Made by a program: the position numbers and the translations under genes
DNA from: Octopus vulgaris
Lineage: Eukaryota
Reading direction: 5' to 3'
DNA length: 64,000 nt
Assembly (NCBI GenBank): GCA_951406725.2
Contig: OX597817.1
Location: forward strand, 108,004,001 to 108,068,000
Part shown: positions 41,660 through 54,946 of the stretch, in pieces
Numbering within the stretch: the first letter of the stretch is position 1
Layout of the letters: every line of letters starts with the position of its first letter
Notes under the pieces: generated by a model
Told to the model about the DNA's origin: nothing
What the model saw: the letters and a program-made list of their open reading frames with translations, nothing else
The model's database searches: none

Positions 41660-42810
41660 GCAAGCAAGGTCTACAATCGATGGGCCTTAGGGTTAACCTA
41701 GCAATAACCAAAGTTTTACTAAGTAGGAAGGCTGCCAAATCAAACCCCTTCAGGTAGATGGCCCTGCTTGATCTGTAGAAAAGGCGTGAGTAGAAACTGT
41801 ATACGATGTACCCGGTGTAAGCTATGGACACATAAAAGGTGCAGCAATATCTATGGAAGGTTAACCGGGAAGATAGTTTTTGTGTGTGACAGATGCACAT
41901 GGGCAATAAATACCGAAGATGTACATGAAACAGATACCATCACATGCCAGGGGGAGAAACTAGAAGTAGTTAATAGCTTCCGCTGCCTAGGCGACCAAGT
42001 CTGTAGTGGAGTAATTGCTCTGAGAGTGTGGCGGCTAGAATAAAAATAGCCTGAGCAAAGTTCAGGGAGCTCCTACCTCTGCTGGCAACTAATGGCCTCT
42101 CGCTCAGGATGAAAGGTAGTCTGTATGATGCATGTGTGCGAACTGCCATACTACACGGCAGTGAAACATGGGCCTGACTGCAGTGGACATGCATAGGCTT
42201 GAAAGAAATGAAGCTAGTATAATCCGCTAGATGTGTAATGTCAGTGTGCATACACGACAGAGTGTGAGGTCCTTGTGAGAAAAGTTGGGCATAAGAAGCA
42301 TCAAATGGGGTGTGCAAGAGAGACGACTGCGCTGGTATGGTCATGTGTTACGTATGGATGAGAACAGCTGTGTGAGGAAGTGCCACTCCCTAACTATAGA
42401 AGGAACCTGTGGAAGAAGTAGACCCAGGAATTCATGGGATGAAGTGGGGAAACATGTCCTTCGAACATTGGGCCTCACAGAAGCAAAGACAGGAGACCGA
42501 GACCTTTGGAGATATGCTGTGATTGAGAAGACCCGGACTTCCTGATTGGCTCCTGTGCCGGTGACACGTAAAAAGCACCATACGAACGTAGCCGATGTCA
42601 GTACCTCCTGAGTGGCTCCCGTGGCGGTGGCACGTAAAAATCACCCGCTACACTCTCGGAGTGGTTGGCGTTAGAAAGGGCATCCAGCTGTTTAAACATT
42701 GCCAGATCGGATGGGAGGGTGGAGCAGCCGCTGGCTCTCCAGACCTCAGTCAAACCATCCAGCCCATGCCAGAATGGAAAACGGACGTTAAACAATTATG
42801 ATGATGATGA
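41660..42810 (+). mobile_element. 5'-truncated RTE-clade LINE (RT C-terminus with PHD-finger insert, 3' UTR ending (GAT)n)
   Basis: GLRVNLAITKV, LEVVNSFRCLG, LYDACVRTAILHGSETW, RRLRWYGHVLRM, GRSRPRNSW, DRDLWR; frameshifts and stops. Confidence 0.92.
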
Positions 42811-43699
42811 TGTGCAGGTGTGGCTATGTGGCAAGAAGTTTGTTCCTCAACTACATAGTACCGGGTTCAACCCTACTGCATGGTATCTTGGTTGAATATC
42901 TTCTACTATAGCCTCGGCGAACCAAAGCTTTGTGAATGGATTTAGAAGACGGAGTTGGAAACTGTAAGAAGCCTGCCGTATATATGTATGTGTGTATGCA
43001 CATGTGTTTGTATATGTGTTTGTTCCCGCTCCACCGCTTGACAATAAGTGTTGGTATGTTTTGACCACGTAACATAGCGGTTCGGCAAAAGTAACCGGTA
43101 AAATACGTAAAAATTAGTACTGCAGTCGATTCGTTCAGCCAAAAAGGTAGGTCGATTCGTAGAGCCAAAAAGGCAGGTCAATTCATACACCAAGACGACT
43201 TTGGAAGACAAAAAATTCCATGTGAAATGCAGTAGGATTTAGAAAGATAGACGATATTCGAATATTTAAATTACATGTTTACACTCTACCGCACATCGAA
43301 ATGTATGCCGGAAGATACGGTAAAGTGACAGAATGCAACAGGAAATCACTGCTGTATCTACTCCCACACCAAAATATATATAAAAAAGGTAATAAATATT
43401 CAGCCTTTGACTTAGAGGTTCGTGATCTCCGCGCCTCATAGGCACGGCATTTAAAGAGTGTTCAGTTGAACGATTTGATGTACATGTGCGTGCTTATATG
43501 TTTGTTGAAACGGCTTGATGGCGGTTAAAGTGAAAAGAAACAATTTTTATTCCTCCCTGGGTTTTGAAAGCAAGGTATTTAACTGGGAGAAATATCCCAG
43601 TTTATTGAATTACTGGGAAAAGTTACAACTATGATATATTGATAGTCTGTCCTTAGATTAACAGCGATTCGTATATGATTAATACTGCATAAGTTAATG

Positions 43700-44070
43700 T
43701 TAGATGTGACGGTAGCTGCAGGTATGACTGATTTTTTCCAGGGAGTTATTGATAACTGGGCATATAATGAGAGAGTGCCAATGGTATTTCTTTATTCTGT
43801 TGTTTCGCGTTTTAGTAGTATGACTTATTCATTATTCTCTTATCATTAATAAATACCAAAGTATTAGCGAAGTTTGTTAACTTCTTCTTGGTGAGTTTAG
43901 ATTAAAAATTTTCCTCGGGAGATGTTGGAGTGGGTTCTTTCAAGACGGAGGGAGGTTTTGCCTATAAAAGTGCTTGCATATTTTGAATATGAGAGATTAA
44001 ACCATGCGGTATTTTCCTGTTTGCTCGTTTTGGATGATGTGTTTAGGATATCTTCTGTTTTAACCGTGTG
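43700..44070 (-). mobile_element. Old Naiad-type PLE fragment
   Basis: AWFNLSYSKYASTFIGKTSLRL resembles the Naiad IWFNPPYSKNVxTNIGKxFLxL motif. Confidence 0.5.
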
Positions 44071-44115
44071 CATGTAAGAACGCAAGCACATTATTACATG
44101 CACTCAGACACTCAG

Positions 44116-44196
<81 letters not shown>

Positions 44197-44369
44197 TTCT
44201 CCCCACTTTTTCTCAATTCTTTTCCTATCAATGGCAACAATCAGTTTTACTACTGATGAAGCACTAGAATTCCTATCCCATAAAATATATAAGTAAATAA
44301 ATCCAAATAACTGTTTGTGACACAGGTACGATGCTAAGAAATTTGTGGAAGAGAGAGAGAGGGAGAGAG

Positions 44370-44421
<52 letters not shown>

Positions 44422-44484
44422 TTAGTCGATTAAAGTGACTGACTGGCACAATGTACCATACTTACAACATGATCTATCTCAATA

Positions 44485-45085
44485 TTAGGCGATTAGCTGG
44501 TAGAATCGTTAGCACGCCAGGCAATATACTTTTGCGGCATTTCGTCCGTCTTTACGTTCGCCATTTATCGCTTTGGAGTCGATAAAATAACTACCAATCG
44601 AGCACTGGTACTTACTGAGCACTGGGGTCGACAAAAATAAGTACTAGTTGAGCACTGGAGTCGATGTAATCGACTTACTCTTCCTCCGTAATTACTGGCC
44701 TTGCGCCAAAATTTGAAACTAATATAAAATTTTGTCCTTTCTGCTAATCTTGCCTAGTAATATTTTGTCACGCGTCCGAGGTCGACTTTGCCTTTCATCC
44801 TTTCGGGGTCGATTAAATAAGTACCAGTTACGCACTGGAGTCGATATAATCGACTTAATCCGTTTGTCTCTTCTTTGTTTAGCCCCTTGTGGGTAGTAAA
44901 GAAATAGGTATTTCGTCTGCCGTTACGTTCTGAGTTCAAATTCCACCGAGGTCGACTTTGCCTTTCATCCTTTCGGGGTCGATAAGTTAAGTACAAGTTA
45001 CGCACTAGAGTCGATGTAATCGACTTAATCCCTTTGTCTGTCCCCTCTATGTTTAGCCGCTTGTGGGCAATAAAGAAATAAGAAT
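44485..45085 (+). mobile_element. Cluster of three tandem/partial family B SINEs
   Basis: GAGGTCGACTTTGCCTTTCATCCTTTCGGGGTCGA at ~44778 and ~44948; internal duplications at 44580-44660. Confidence 0.85.
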
Positions 45086-45739
45086 ATTACCTTAGGTGAC
45101 GTCCTTATGAACCATTAGATTATGGGAGTTAGTATCAGTATGGATACATATACATGTAGAAGAGAAAGGGTGACACAGAGATAGATACCTAAACTTCTTC
45201 CTTTACATTTGTACCAATCTAATTGAATATTCATTTCCTTTGTAAAGTTTTTTTTTATGTAACATTTGAATCGTGTTAGTTTGAATGTTATACGTATGAC
45301 ATTCATCGTATGTCATGCCCAACTATTCTTGGAATTCAAAATATTATCTCATGTCGGCAGCCTCTCTTTAAAAAAGTCCAGAACGATATGAAAAGTTTCA
45401 TATCCTTGTTAGTATAGCGCTTAAGACAGTGAGCTGACAGAATTATTAGCATGCCGATGAAAATGCTTAACGATATGGCCTTACATTCTGGTTTCAAATT
45501 CCGCCAAAGTCGACGTTGCCTGCCATCCTTTTGGGGTCGGTAAAATAAGTACCGGTTTAGCACAAGGGTCAGTGTTATCGACTAATCCTTTGCTTCCAAA
45601 TTTCACACCTTGTTCCTATATCGGAAATGATTATTATTACATCGCTTTACGTTCTAATTTTACGGTCATTCATGTTCTGAGTTCAAATCTCTCCTGGGTC
45701 AACAATGCCTTTCATCCCTACATGGTCAATAAAATATAG

Positions 45740-45886
45740 TTCTTCTTCTTCTTCTTCTTCTTCTTCTTCTTCTTCTTCTTCTTCTTCTTCTTCTTCTTCT
45801 TCTTCTTCTTCTTCTTCTTCTTCTTCTTCTTCTTCTTCTTCTTCTTCTTCTTCTTCTTCTTCTTCTTCTTCTTCTTCTTCTTCTTC
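45740..45886. repeat. Pure (TTC)n, ~49 units
   Basis: Direct inspection. Confidence 0.97.
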
Positions 45887-47317
45887 AAACTATTACATGC
45901 TATTTTAGTTGTCTTGCGGTAACAAGTCTCCTCAAATCTCAAGAATCTTTCTCTGCATTCTTGCAGAAAACAGGATTTCATTTTTCTGCTGCTCGACAAT
46001 GCGAGTTTTAGTTCTAATAACTTGCTGTTCATCATTACAAATAGGCATGTATTTACTACAATAACATCAATTAACTATGTGAGAGTCACGGCATTTTTAA
46101 AATTAAACATCCTTTTTAACAATAAGTGGTGGTTAACTGTCTGGTAAACCGTAGTGAGATTAACAAAATTGTTTCTATAATTTTCTTTTGTAGAAACCCA
46201 TCCTCGTAGTTGGTTTTCCAGAACGAAATCCGGCTTGTAATTATTGTTGTTTTGTGGTGAACGTGCAGGATTGTAAGCAAAAACAGTCCTGCGAGAACAT
46301 TTATCAATTGAATAACATAATTTAATCTATCGTTCCTATTTAGAAAGTGGTAGCGCGTGATATGACGGGAACTTGGCTGTTATCTCTAACAAGAAAGACT
46401 ACCATGTAGAGTTCAGTCATTGGTTCAAACGTTTCTTTCTAAATAAGGTATTGTTCAGTAACGAATGAGATTCTCTTTAAAACTTAGCTTTTAAAAAGAT
46501 AATAAGTTTCAGGAAGGTGGGGAATCGATCAGGTGCTTTTTTTTTTTTGTAATGGATCCTATTCAGTCTTTTTTGATTCTTCAAAATGCCCATTCAAAGG
46601 AGAGTTCGGATAATTTCAGATAGGTTTCAGCTAATTTGAAGACAAGAAACTTTTTTTGTTTTATTATTATTTTTTAACTATTAATTTTTAGTTTGCAAAA
46701 CTAATTTCTGGAGTATCAATGAATGAAAAGAAATCTTTCTATGGATATGCTGATACTTTTCGAAGATAAATTGAAGTGATTAGAAGCGAGTAAACTGTCC
46801 AGAGGTACAATAAAACGGTGATTAATATCACTGCATAACACGATTTTTGTCCTTGGGTAGCAATTGTTATTTCCTATTTGCTTACTCTTAGAAAGAGTGA
46901 AAAATGACTAATATTTCCTTCAAACTTTGCTTTTGTTGCGATATTTATTCAAACTCCAAAGAATCCCCCTCAATACATGGCTATGATGTTCCTCCACTAC
47001 TCCTACGCATGATCAGAGATGCATATATTAGTCAGCCACCAATGGACATGCTCATGTGGTTAAGGTGAAGCAACTGACAAGCAAATCTGTGGTACTGAGC
47101 AGAATATTTGCTATAACGATATTTCTGCTTCCACAACTCAGCGCTGAATCTGTTTGAAATGTAATGGAAAATAGGTCAGTTTCAAAACATTGATGTCACA
47201 AAAGCAAAGTTTGAAGGGAATAGTAATCATTTCTTTCGATTTTTAGTTTGAAACAAATAAGAAATAACACTTATTGGCCAAAACCAAACAACAACAACAA
47301 CAACAACAACAATAATG

Positions 47318-47375
<58 letters not shown>

Positions 47376-47377
47376 TG

Positions 47378-47434
<57 letters not shown>

Positions 47435-47451
47435 GTAATAATAATAATAAA

Positions 47452-47870
47452 GGAGGCCGGATATAGAAACCTTTAGAAGGGACAAACAAGAGTGCCTAGT
47501 AATCGACGTGGCAGTGCCAGAAGATCAACATATCATGAAAGAAAGAGAAAAGGTTGATAAATATGGAGACCTGAGAATTCAGATCGCTAAGATGTGGCAG
47601 CTACGAGAGTCAAACTTAAAGGTTATCCCTATTGTCATCGGAGCATTGGGTTCAATACCACCCAATCGAGAAAAAAAACCATCTGAAAACCTTAGAAATA
47701 CCCTACAATCTAGGTGTTTTGCAAAAGTCGGATTTACTTGGAACTGCACGCATATTGCGTAAGGTACTGTCTGTCTGAGGTCCTTGTAACTTGACAAACA
47801 ATACAAAACCCCCGGAAGACCATATCTTCAATCAACAACCTCACGATATTGTATACTATGCGACGTCTCT
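47452..47870 (+). mobile_element. 3' end of a Dong/R4-clade non-LTR element (restriction-like endonuclease) inserted in (TAA)n
   Basis: RRPDI....CLVIDVAVPED....KEREKVDKYGDL..IAKMW...KVIPIVIGALG; (AAT)n at ~47311-47450 and TAATAATAA at 47870. Confidence 0.9.
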
Positions 47871-48392
47871 AATAATAATATAATTTTTGTTACACAGTGT
47901 ATTCAACAAACTTATGGCTTATTAAACGATCAACACAGTCATTTTCTATTATTCGATTTAATACATTCTTATTTTTTTTACTTCTATGTATATTACGAAA
48001 TGTGTAGTTCTGCATCCAATACTCTTAAATAATCCCCAATAACTCGTTTGTTAGTTTAAGGGACTATAACGAAATGAAGAAGCCGCGTGAGCTTAGTTTC
48101 TTGCATTCAGGAAGACAATGCACATGGCGAATGTTCTGCCATCAGGATAGTTTCCCCGAGAAAAAACAAAAAGGTTGAGGAGGAGAAATAATATTTCGTT
48201 TTCTTTGAAAATTTGATAAAAATGAAATTAAATATATAGCGAAAAGTATGATTAGAAAGAGTGAAGGATGAACTGAAAAATAAACTTATACATATGAGTT
48301 AATATAACACATACAACCTGTTGCTTAAAGTACCAGATACCAAATGTTGTCATTGTTGAATAGAGAGAGATAGAGAGAAGGGAGATGGAGAA

Positions 48393-48431
<39 letters not shown>

Positions 48432-49069
48432 TGTGTGTGTGTGTGTGTGAGGAGGAACAAATAGACAGAAGAAAGGAAGAAAAATCACAAACTTAACCAG
48501 AAATGAGTTGCTGTATTAACATTTGTTTTATGAATCATTAATTAACTAAATATTAGCTTCCTGAATATTAGCAAAAGGCGAAATGAATACTGTGTTTTAC
48601 ATTAGTTTTGTTTGTTTTCAGATTTCTGAAATACCATGAAATTTTACTTCAAGAATTAGCGTTTTATTGTTTATAAATAACTGACAGCTATTATGTGCAA
48701 TAGAATATAAATTCTCCTTTTCATCGTTACCGCCACCACCACCGCTGCCATTGCCACCACCACCATATTCATAAGTCAGTCTGACTTCAAGCCAGAAGCA
48801 AGCTGCTATTGTCTATGATATCACATAGGATCGCTCTTTCTCATTTTCATAATACATCAATTAAAGACTGGCATTAATATGTCATTGTATGTTAGTTATG
48901 CCAAGTATATTTTTAAATGCAAGCAAAATATTAATGAGAATATCATGCACTAGTTGTATATCCTGTGCAGATATTTTTCAGAATGAAACGGAAACTTCTA
49001 AGTAAAAAATGCGAATAAAAATAAGATGTGAATAAAATAAAACGTACTGAATGTTTTTTAAACCTTCTC

Positions 49070-49930
49070 GTCGTCACCTATAATCAAACAGCCTTGCAAC
49101 TTGATTAGGACTTTTATTTATTGTAATATTGCTGTTTCGGGACACCCCAGAGTTATATTATTTAGTTGGAAGAGATAGGGGCAATGCTCAAAACCCTCTT
49201 AGATTATTGCGATCAATGTACTTGCTTTATCATTTCGACCTTTTAATGCCTGTAAGTTAAAACGTGAACCAGAATAAGAGATTTTTAGCGGAAGATATAA
49301 GTAGTAAGGATTGAGAAGCATGTTTCATGCTGAGCTTGGTGACTGAGATACATAGAAGTGGCGAAATATAAAGAAGTAATGGGATAAGCTTTGATGGAGG
49401 GGCAAATAAATTTACTAATCTGTAGGAGCAGGTGAAAGAAAGGAGGAAGAGAAAACAGCACGAACGGGATCTAGTAGTTGTGTTGGATAAGTATTTGCTT
49501 TAGCTGTATGTTGTTTAGGTGGTGTTGTGCAAAGCTGTTTCTTTCTTAAAGTAAGGGTTACATCATATGCATAGAAGCATGTTGTTAGAAGTGACAGTGA
49601 GATTGTCTTTAATGTCCATACAGTATGGTCTAGGTTATATAATTTGATCTCGAAATAAACCAGAGTTAATAGAATATGCGTGAAACAGCGTTATCAACAC
49701 ACACTATGGAGTAGCAACTTCTAATCCAAAAGATAAGAGTCGATGAGGTCTATAAGTGGATATCTTAGCTACAAGGGTCTTGAATCATACCCATGTTGAT
49801 ATAAAAGTGAAGATGTCATTATTTAACTGAGAGGTTATGAGACGCAGCTCCATGTTTCCATAAGTTGAACTAGATCCTCTTAAGAGGAGAAACATTTGTG
49901 AGCTTGTGGGAATAGGTATTGGCTCAGGTG
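49070..49930 (-). mobile_element. Highly degenerate APE-type LINE RT remnant
   Basis: Scattered YRP, SKA, NSGV and GDD-like motifs in correct order on the minus strand. Confidence 0.4.
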
Positions 49931-50231
49931 CACTCCTTTTGGAAACAATAATAGAAATAACATTAACAGGACCTGTTGTCGTCTTTTATCGACGTCACTG
50001 AAGAAGTTTACACCTTTGGCAACCAGTTGAGCCATGAAGAGAGGATTACGAGTTTTATTGCGTATCTCTCTGCACGTTGGCACCATAAAGTTGAATGAAA
50101 AACGTGATGGAAATGAGAAGGCTATAACTGCGTGAGGAACAATTGTAGGCCCTCTTGATATCGAGTATGAACCATTTATAAAGGTGACAGGAGTGACTTT
50201 AACAAGAGACTCGAAGGGCTGGCTGCAATAA

Positions 50232-50269
<38 letters not shown>

Positions 50270-51154
50270 GTGCTTTCATGCTGTATGGTGCATAGACATA
50301 TCGTTTGTTTTCCTCCAAACACTGCAATGATTAGAAAAGAACTTTCAGTTAGTGCCGGCAAGTGACGTCATCCAGGCTTCTTAGCCGCTATTTCTTGCAG
50401 GCTAAGCAACCACATAGAGGCTCCTCCATGAGCTCGCGGATGGTGTCAGTTATCTTCATCCGCTTAACTAACTCATGAAGGTTGAAGGTGAACTGTATTT
50501 TTGCTGTTAAGGGTAATTAGCAACGCCGTCCAATTAGATGAGTTCAAGTACCAGAAGGCTCGAGGATCAAATGTTGTTAGACAATTTGCCTTCAGTAATC
50601 AGGGCTCAGACGATCTGATGAAGAGTTGAGGATGATGGTGGATGAAGAGTTGAGGAAGATTAACTCGTGAGGGTTGTTTAAGGTGGCAAACGTTTCAGCT
50701 TCTGTGCTAGCATGGACAGTATGGTGGAAAAATTGCGTGCATTGAAGGTCGCCTCTAATGGTGATTTCAAAGACAAGATGTTTGCGATAGACATCCTTAA
50801 TACAAATGGCCGGATCGGTAGAGTGTCGAGCAAAATGCATTGTGCTATTTAGTTACGTGTATTTACATTTCTGGATTCAATTCTCACTGGAGTTACCTTT
50901 GCTTCTCATCCTTTCAATGTCGAGAAAATAAGTTAGCAGTCAAGTAACGGGGGCGATATAATCAACTGCTTCTCTATCAAATTTCTGGTCGTGTGTCTAT
51001 GTAAAAAAAACGTTTTATTAGAGATTAGTTGAGTAGACTTTGAAGCATGGGACAAAAGTACCAGGTTCAAATTTCAATAGTGAATTGCTAAGTTTTCATG
51101 TTATTGTTTTCCACACAGTTTTCACAAGAATTCATTTGATTTTTATATTTGCAG

Positions 51155-51286
51155 TTGCGGACCATAGACAAGCGATGTATATTGGTTTGAGGTTACCTAA
51201 GAGACCTCGACGTCCAGTAAAAAAATCAAGATCAAAGAAACAAGGCGACAAAGTGGCTCCGTCTGGCGGAAATGTTTCTGTACCAG
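51155..51286 (+). CDS. Second coding exon of the putative SLC4-family gene
   Basis: TTTTATATTTGCAG acceptor, CAG/GTAAGA donor, 132 bp phase 1-1; (V)ADHRQAMYIGLRLPKRPRRPVKKSRSKKQ resembles the SLC4 GHxTxYIGVHVP + basic tract. Confidence 0.72.
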
Positions 51287-51799
51287 GTAAGACATCATTC
51301 ACATGCATTCTTTCAAGCTTGTTCTTGTCCGCATTAAGTTAAAATTTAACGTGTGTTAATAAACACACAGACGCAGACTCTCGCGCGCGAGCAGGTATGG
51401 AGGCGTCACCCAGTAGAACATGACCACCTTGTATACGAGTGTATTTAACAGAACTGAATCACCCTTTGTAAACAATCAAACGAGAAACCCGTGAGAATAA
51501 TGCTGTAAATCACCATATATGAAATATATACCAGGTAAAAAAATTAAAAAGAAAAAACAGCACCAACAATAGATAATAACGAAAATACTTTTACAATTTT
51601 GGGTCTTAAGCAAACATCTAAGGGGGCGTGGATGATTATATTATTCATTCTATTTCAGTCATTAACATAAGCAATAACTCATATCTTTATATAACAGGCA
51701 CAGTGATAAGGTAGGTAAACATAAAAATCAACAGTGTAAATAAATTTCAAAATAGGCCTTATATGTGTGTGTGCGTGTATATATGTGTATATATATAGG

Positions 51800-51910
<111 letters not shown>

Positions 51911-51914
51911 TTAT

Positions 51915-52355
51915 CATCAACATCATCATCATCGTTTAACGTCCGCTTTCCATGCTAGCATGGGTTGGACGATTTGACTGAGGGCTGGCGAACCAGATGG
52001 CTGCACCAGGCTCCAATCTTGATCTGGCAGAGTTTCTACAGCTGGATGCCCTTCCTAACGCCAACCACTCCGAGAGTGTTGGGTGCTTTTACATGCCACC
52101 GGCGCGGGGCCCGTCAGGTGGTACTGGTAACGACCTCGCTCGAATCTTTTTACACATGCCACCGGCACAGGTGCCAGTAAGGCGATGCTGGTAACGATCA
52201 CGCTCGAATGATGCCTTTTACATGCCACCGGCACGGAAGCTAGTTCGCCGCTCTGGCAACGATCACGCTCGGATAGTGCTCTTAGCACCCTACTAGCACG
52301 GGGCACAAGTGCCAGTAATGCGACGCTCGTAACGATCACACTCGAATGGTGCCAT
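51915..52355 (-). mobile_element. RTE 3' UTR-related element with ~4 internal tandem units
   Basis: Reverse complement of 42545-42810 including the (GAT)n tail; repeated GCCACCGGC...CTGGTAACGATCACGCTCGAAT units. Confidence 0.8.
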
Positions 52356-52735
52356 AAATTTATATAAATAAGGATGAGATCGTTATAAGATCAGAATAAA
52401 AACCGTCAAAGGTAATAATTATTATTAAAATTATAATTTAGGGTATCTAAGAGATTAAATTTTGAATTTTTGTTTCTCTTTGAAAAGGAATTCTGATCCT
52501 TCATGTTGCGCAATTTGGTCGACGACATTTCTTCCCTTTTGCGTCCGTTATTTTAGAAAATAATTTTGTCTTTATGAGGATCTTTTTTAGTAATTTCGTT
52601 TGTTTGTAGCTTTTAATTATCTTATGTGTGTGTAAAATTTCCTTTAATTTGGGGTCCTTATGTAGCATTGGTAAATTTTGGGCATGTTGGTGAAGGCTTC
52701 TCTGTTTCTGGGGTTGTATGTAAATATGTACAGCA

Positions 52736-52812
<77 letters not shown>

Positions 52813-52913
52813 AAGTTAATCCAAACATGAAAACACAAAGAGAAAACAACAACGCGAGGACGTGGAACAAGTATAGTGTTATTGGACGCTCAGGAAAGAA
52901 GGAAAGAAGGAGG

Positions 52914-52948
52914 GTTTAACGTTTCGAGCGGAGCTCTTCGTCAGAAAC
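52914..52948 (-). ncRNA. Minimal type I hammerhead in a (TA)n-flanked pLTR fragment (~52812-52970)
   Basis: GTTT-CTGACGA-A-GAGC-TCC-GCTC-GAAA-CG-TT-AAAC; palindromic ACGT stem III; GUU triplet. Confidence 0.82.
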
Positions 52949-52972
52949 ATAGGAAAAGGAAAGATCCAATAC

Positions 52973-53048
<76 letters not shown>

Positions 53049-53103
53049 ATATATATGTATATATATATATATATGTATATATATATGTGTATGTATATAT
53101 GTA

Positions 53104-53159
<56 letters not shown>

Positions 53160-53169
53160 CATGTATATA

Positions 53170-53510
53170 TCAGAGAGTTTTCACTCCAGCGGAAACTGCA
53201 GAAGCTACTCTGAGGTTCTAAATCGATCGCAATGCTGGAAAGCCTTATCTCTCGTCAGCTATTATCTCAAAGTCACAAACTTTTCGTCCTTTTGCTTTTA
53301 CTCTTTATCGGTGTGAGACAGCGATGACTGAATCGGCCTTCACCTGCAGAAGGGTTCCACTTGCGGTCTCTTATCAGCCTTGAGCCGGTTTCAGCTGCTG
53401 TGCCTATCTCATTGAAAGCCTTCTTCAGTCGTCTGGAATGCAGACCTATCTTCTGCAGGAAATAGCGCTCTGATCTAACAGGAAAACCGCGACAGTCGAC
53501 TTCAGTATCA
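53170..53510 (-). mobile_element. 3' end of a Hero-like (RLE) non-LTR element
   Basis: TEVDCRGFPVRSERYFLQKIG...KKAFNEIGTAAETGSRLI matches the VEVGCRGF...AE..S.W.W pattern. Confidence 0.65.
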
Positions 53511-54749
53511 CATACTTAACGTGCATGTGTTGCTTTAATCAAATAAAGATGAGTGAGACGAAGGAAAAGAAGAAAGGAAAACAAAATTACTACTATCGTC
53601 ACATTAAGACAACTCATATTATGATACGTGTGTTTTTGCTTTAAACCCGAAAAGAAACAAAATACGTTGTCAGGGCAACTCACACAATCCCTATCTCCAA
53701 CCCTTCTTAGTTATCCTGGCTACACTTTACAGTTTAACACAGGGTCGCATTCCTAAGGCTGGCCTGTCTCTTTAGGTCAGAAAATACTTTAGCCCTCCAT
53801 CCCCTCTACAATTATTGATATTCTCTGAAGCTCAGGTGAAGCGAAGGCACATGGCCTAGTGTTTAGGGCATCACAATCACGATCGCATGATCGTGGTTTC
53901 GTTTCCTGGAACGGATGGTGCGTTGTGTTCTTGAACAAAACACTCCATCTCACGTTGCTTTGCGATCACTACGACAGCTGATGTGTGGAACACAGTTTAC
54001 ATGTACAGGCAATGTCGATTTGATGGAGGAAGTAAGTCAATGTACAGCACAAACGTTTAATCACTATAGACAAATCATTTGTACTGGTTGTTCGGCAAAA
54101 AATTGCGTGACTTTCATCTCTCGTGTACATAAGAAGAATAAATAAATAAATTAATGAATTAATTAATAAACTTAGGGGGAGAGCATTTCTGTCACAGCTG
54201 GTGATGCTTTAGCACACATCACAGTATTGTTGCTGCACAAACAAACATTTGAGGATCATATCTAAAAATGAGCACCTCATTGATTGGTATAAAGTCACTC
54301 ACAGACATGCTTCTGCCACTAATCTACAAGCGTGTTGTATCCTCTCTCAGCTTTTCTATAGTTACTATAGTTTCTGCACTTTGTAACTGGCTGGATTCAT
54401 ATCACCCCGCTTCACACATTTCCATCCTTCTGGTCTTTCCGTTTCACGTCAATCTTGTACCCAAACGTCTAATCCTACCTTCTTAGAATGTTGATCTACA
54501 ATTCTTTCCATAGTCATATCTTTTCCGCATGCGCTGACTTACGAAGGCTTATAAGAAATACTTATGGCATAGATTTCACCAGTTTATGAGGATTTGCAAT
54601 GACCATGCGCACTGCCCCTTCCTCTCGACCCAGGAAGTTAAAAGTGGGTTCCCTTTGTCAGCGAAATTTGTCAAACTAGGAATTGCAATAGCGTATTACA
54701 GTTTTAACGACAGGCTGCAAACCTTCAAACATCCGAACATTTAATGTTC

Positions 54750-54907
54750 TTTATTTACATTATTTACATTTGACGGATGTTTGTCCTCATCTTGTTTGTT
54801 TTTAACCCAACTTTTCGACTGATATACCCTCCAGCCTTCATCAGGTGTCTGGAGGAAATTTCGAACCTAGGTTCTCATTCCTAAGGTATTTTTCGATATT
54901 ATTATTA

Positions 54908-54946
<39 letters not shown>

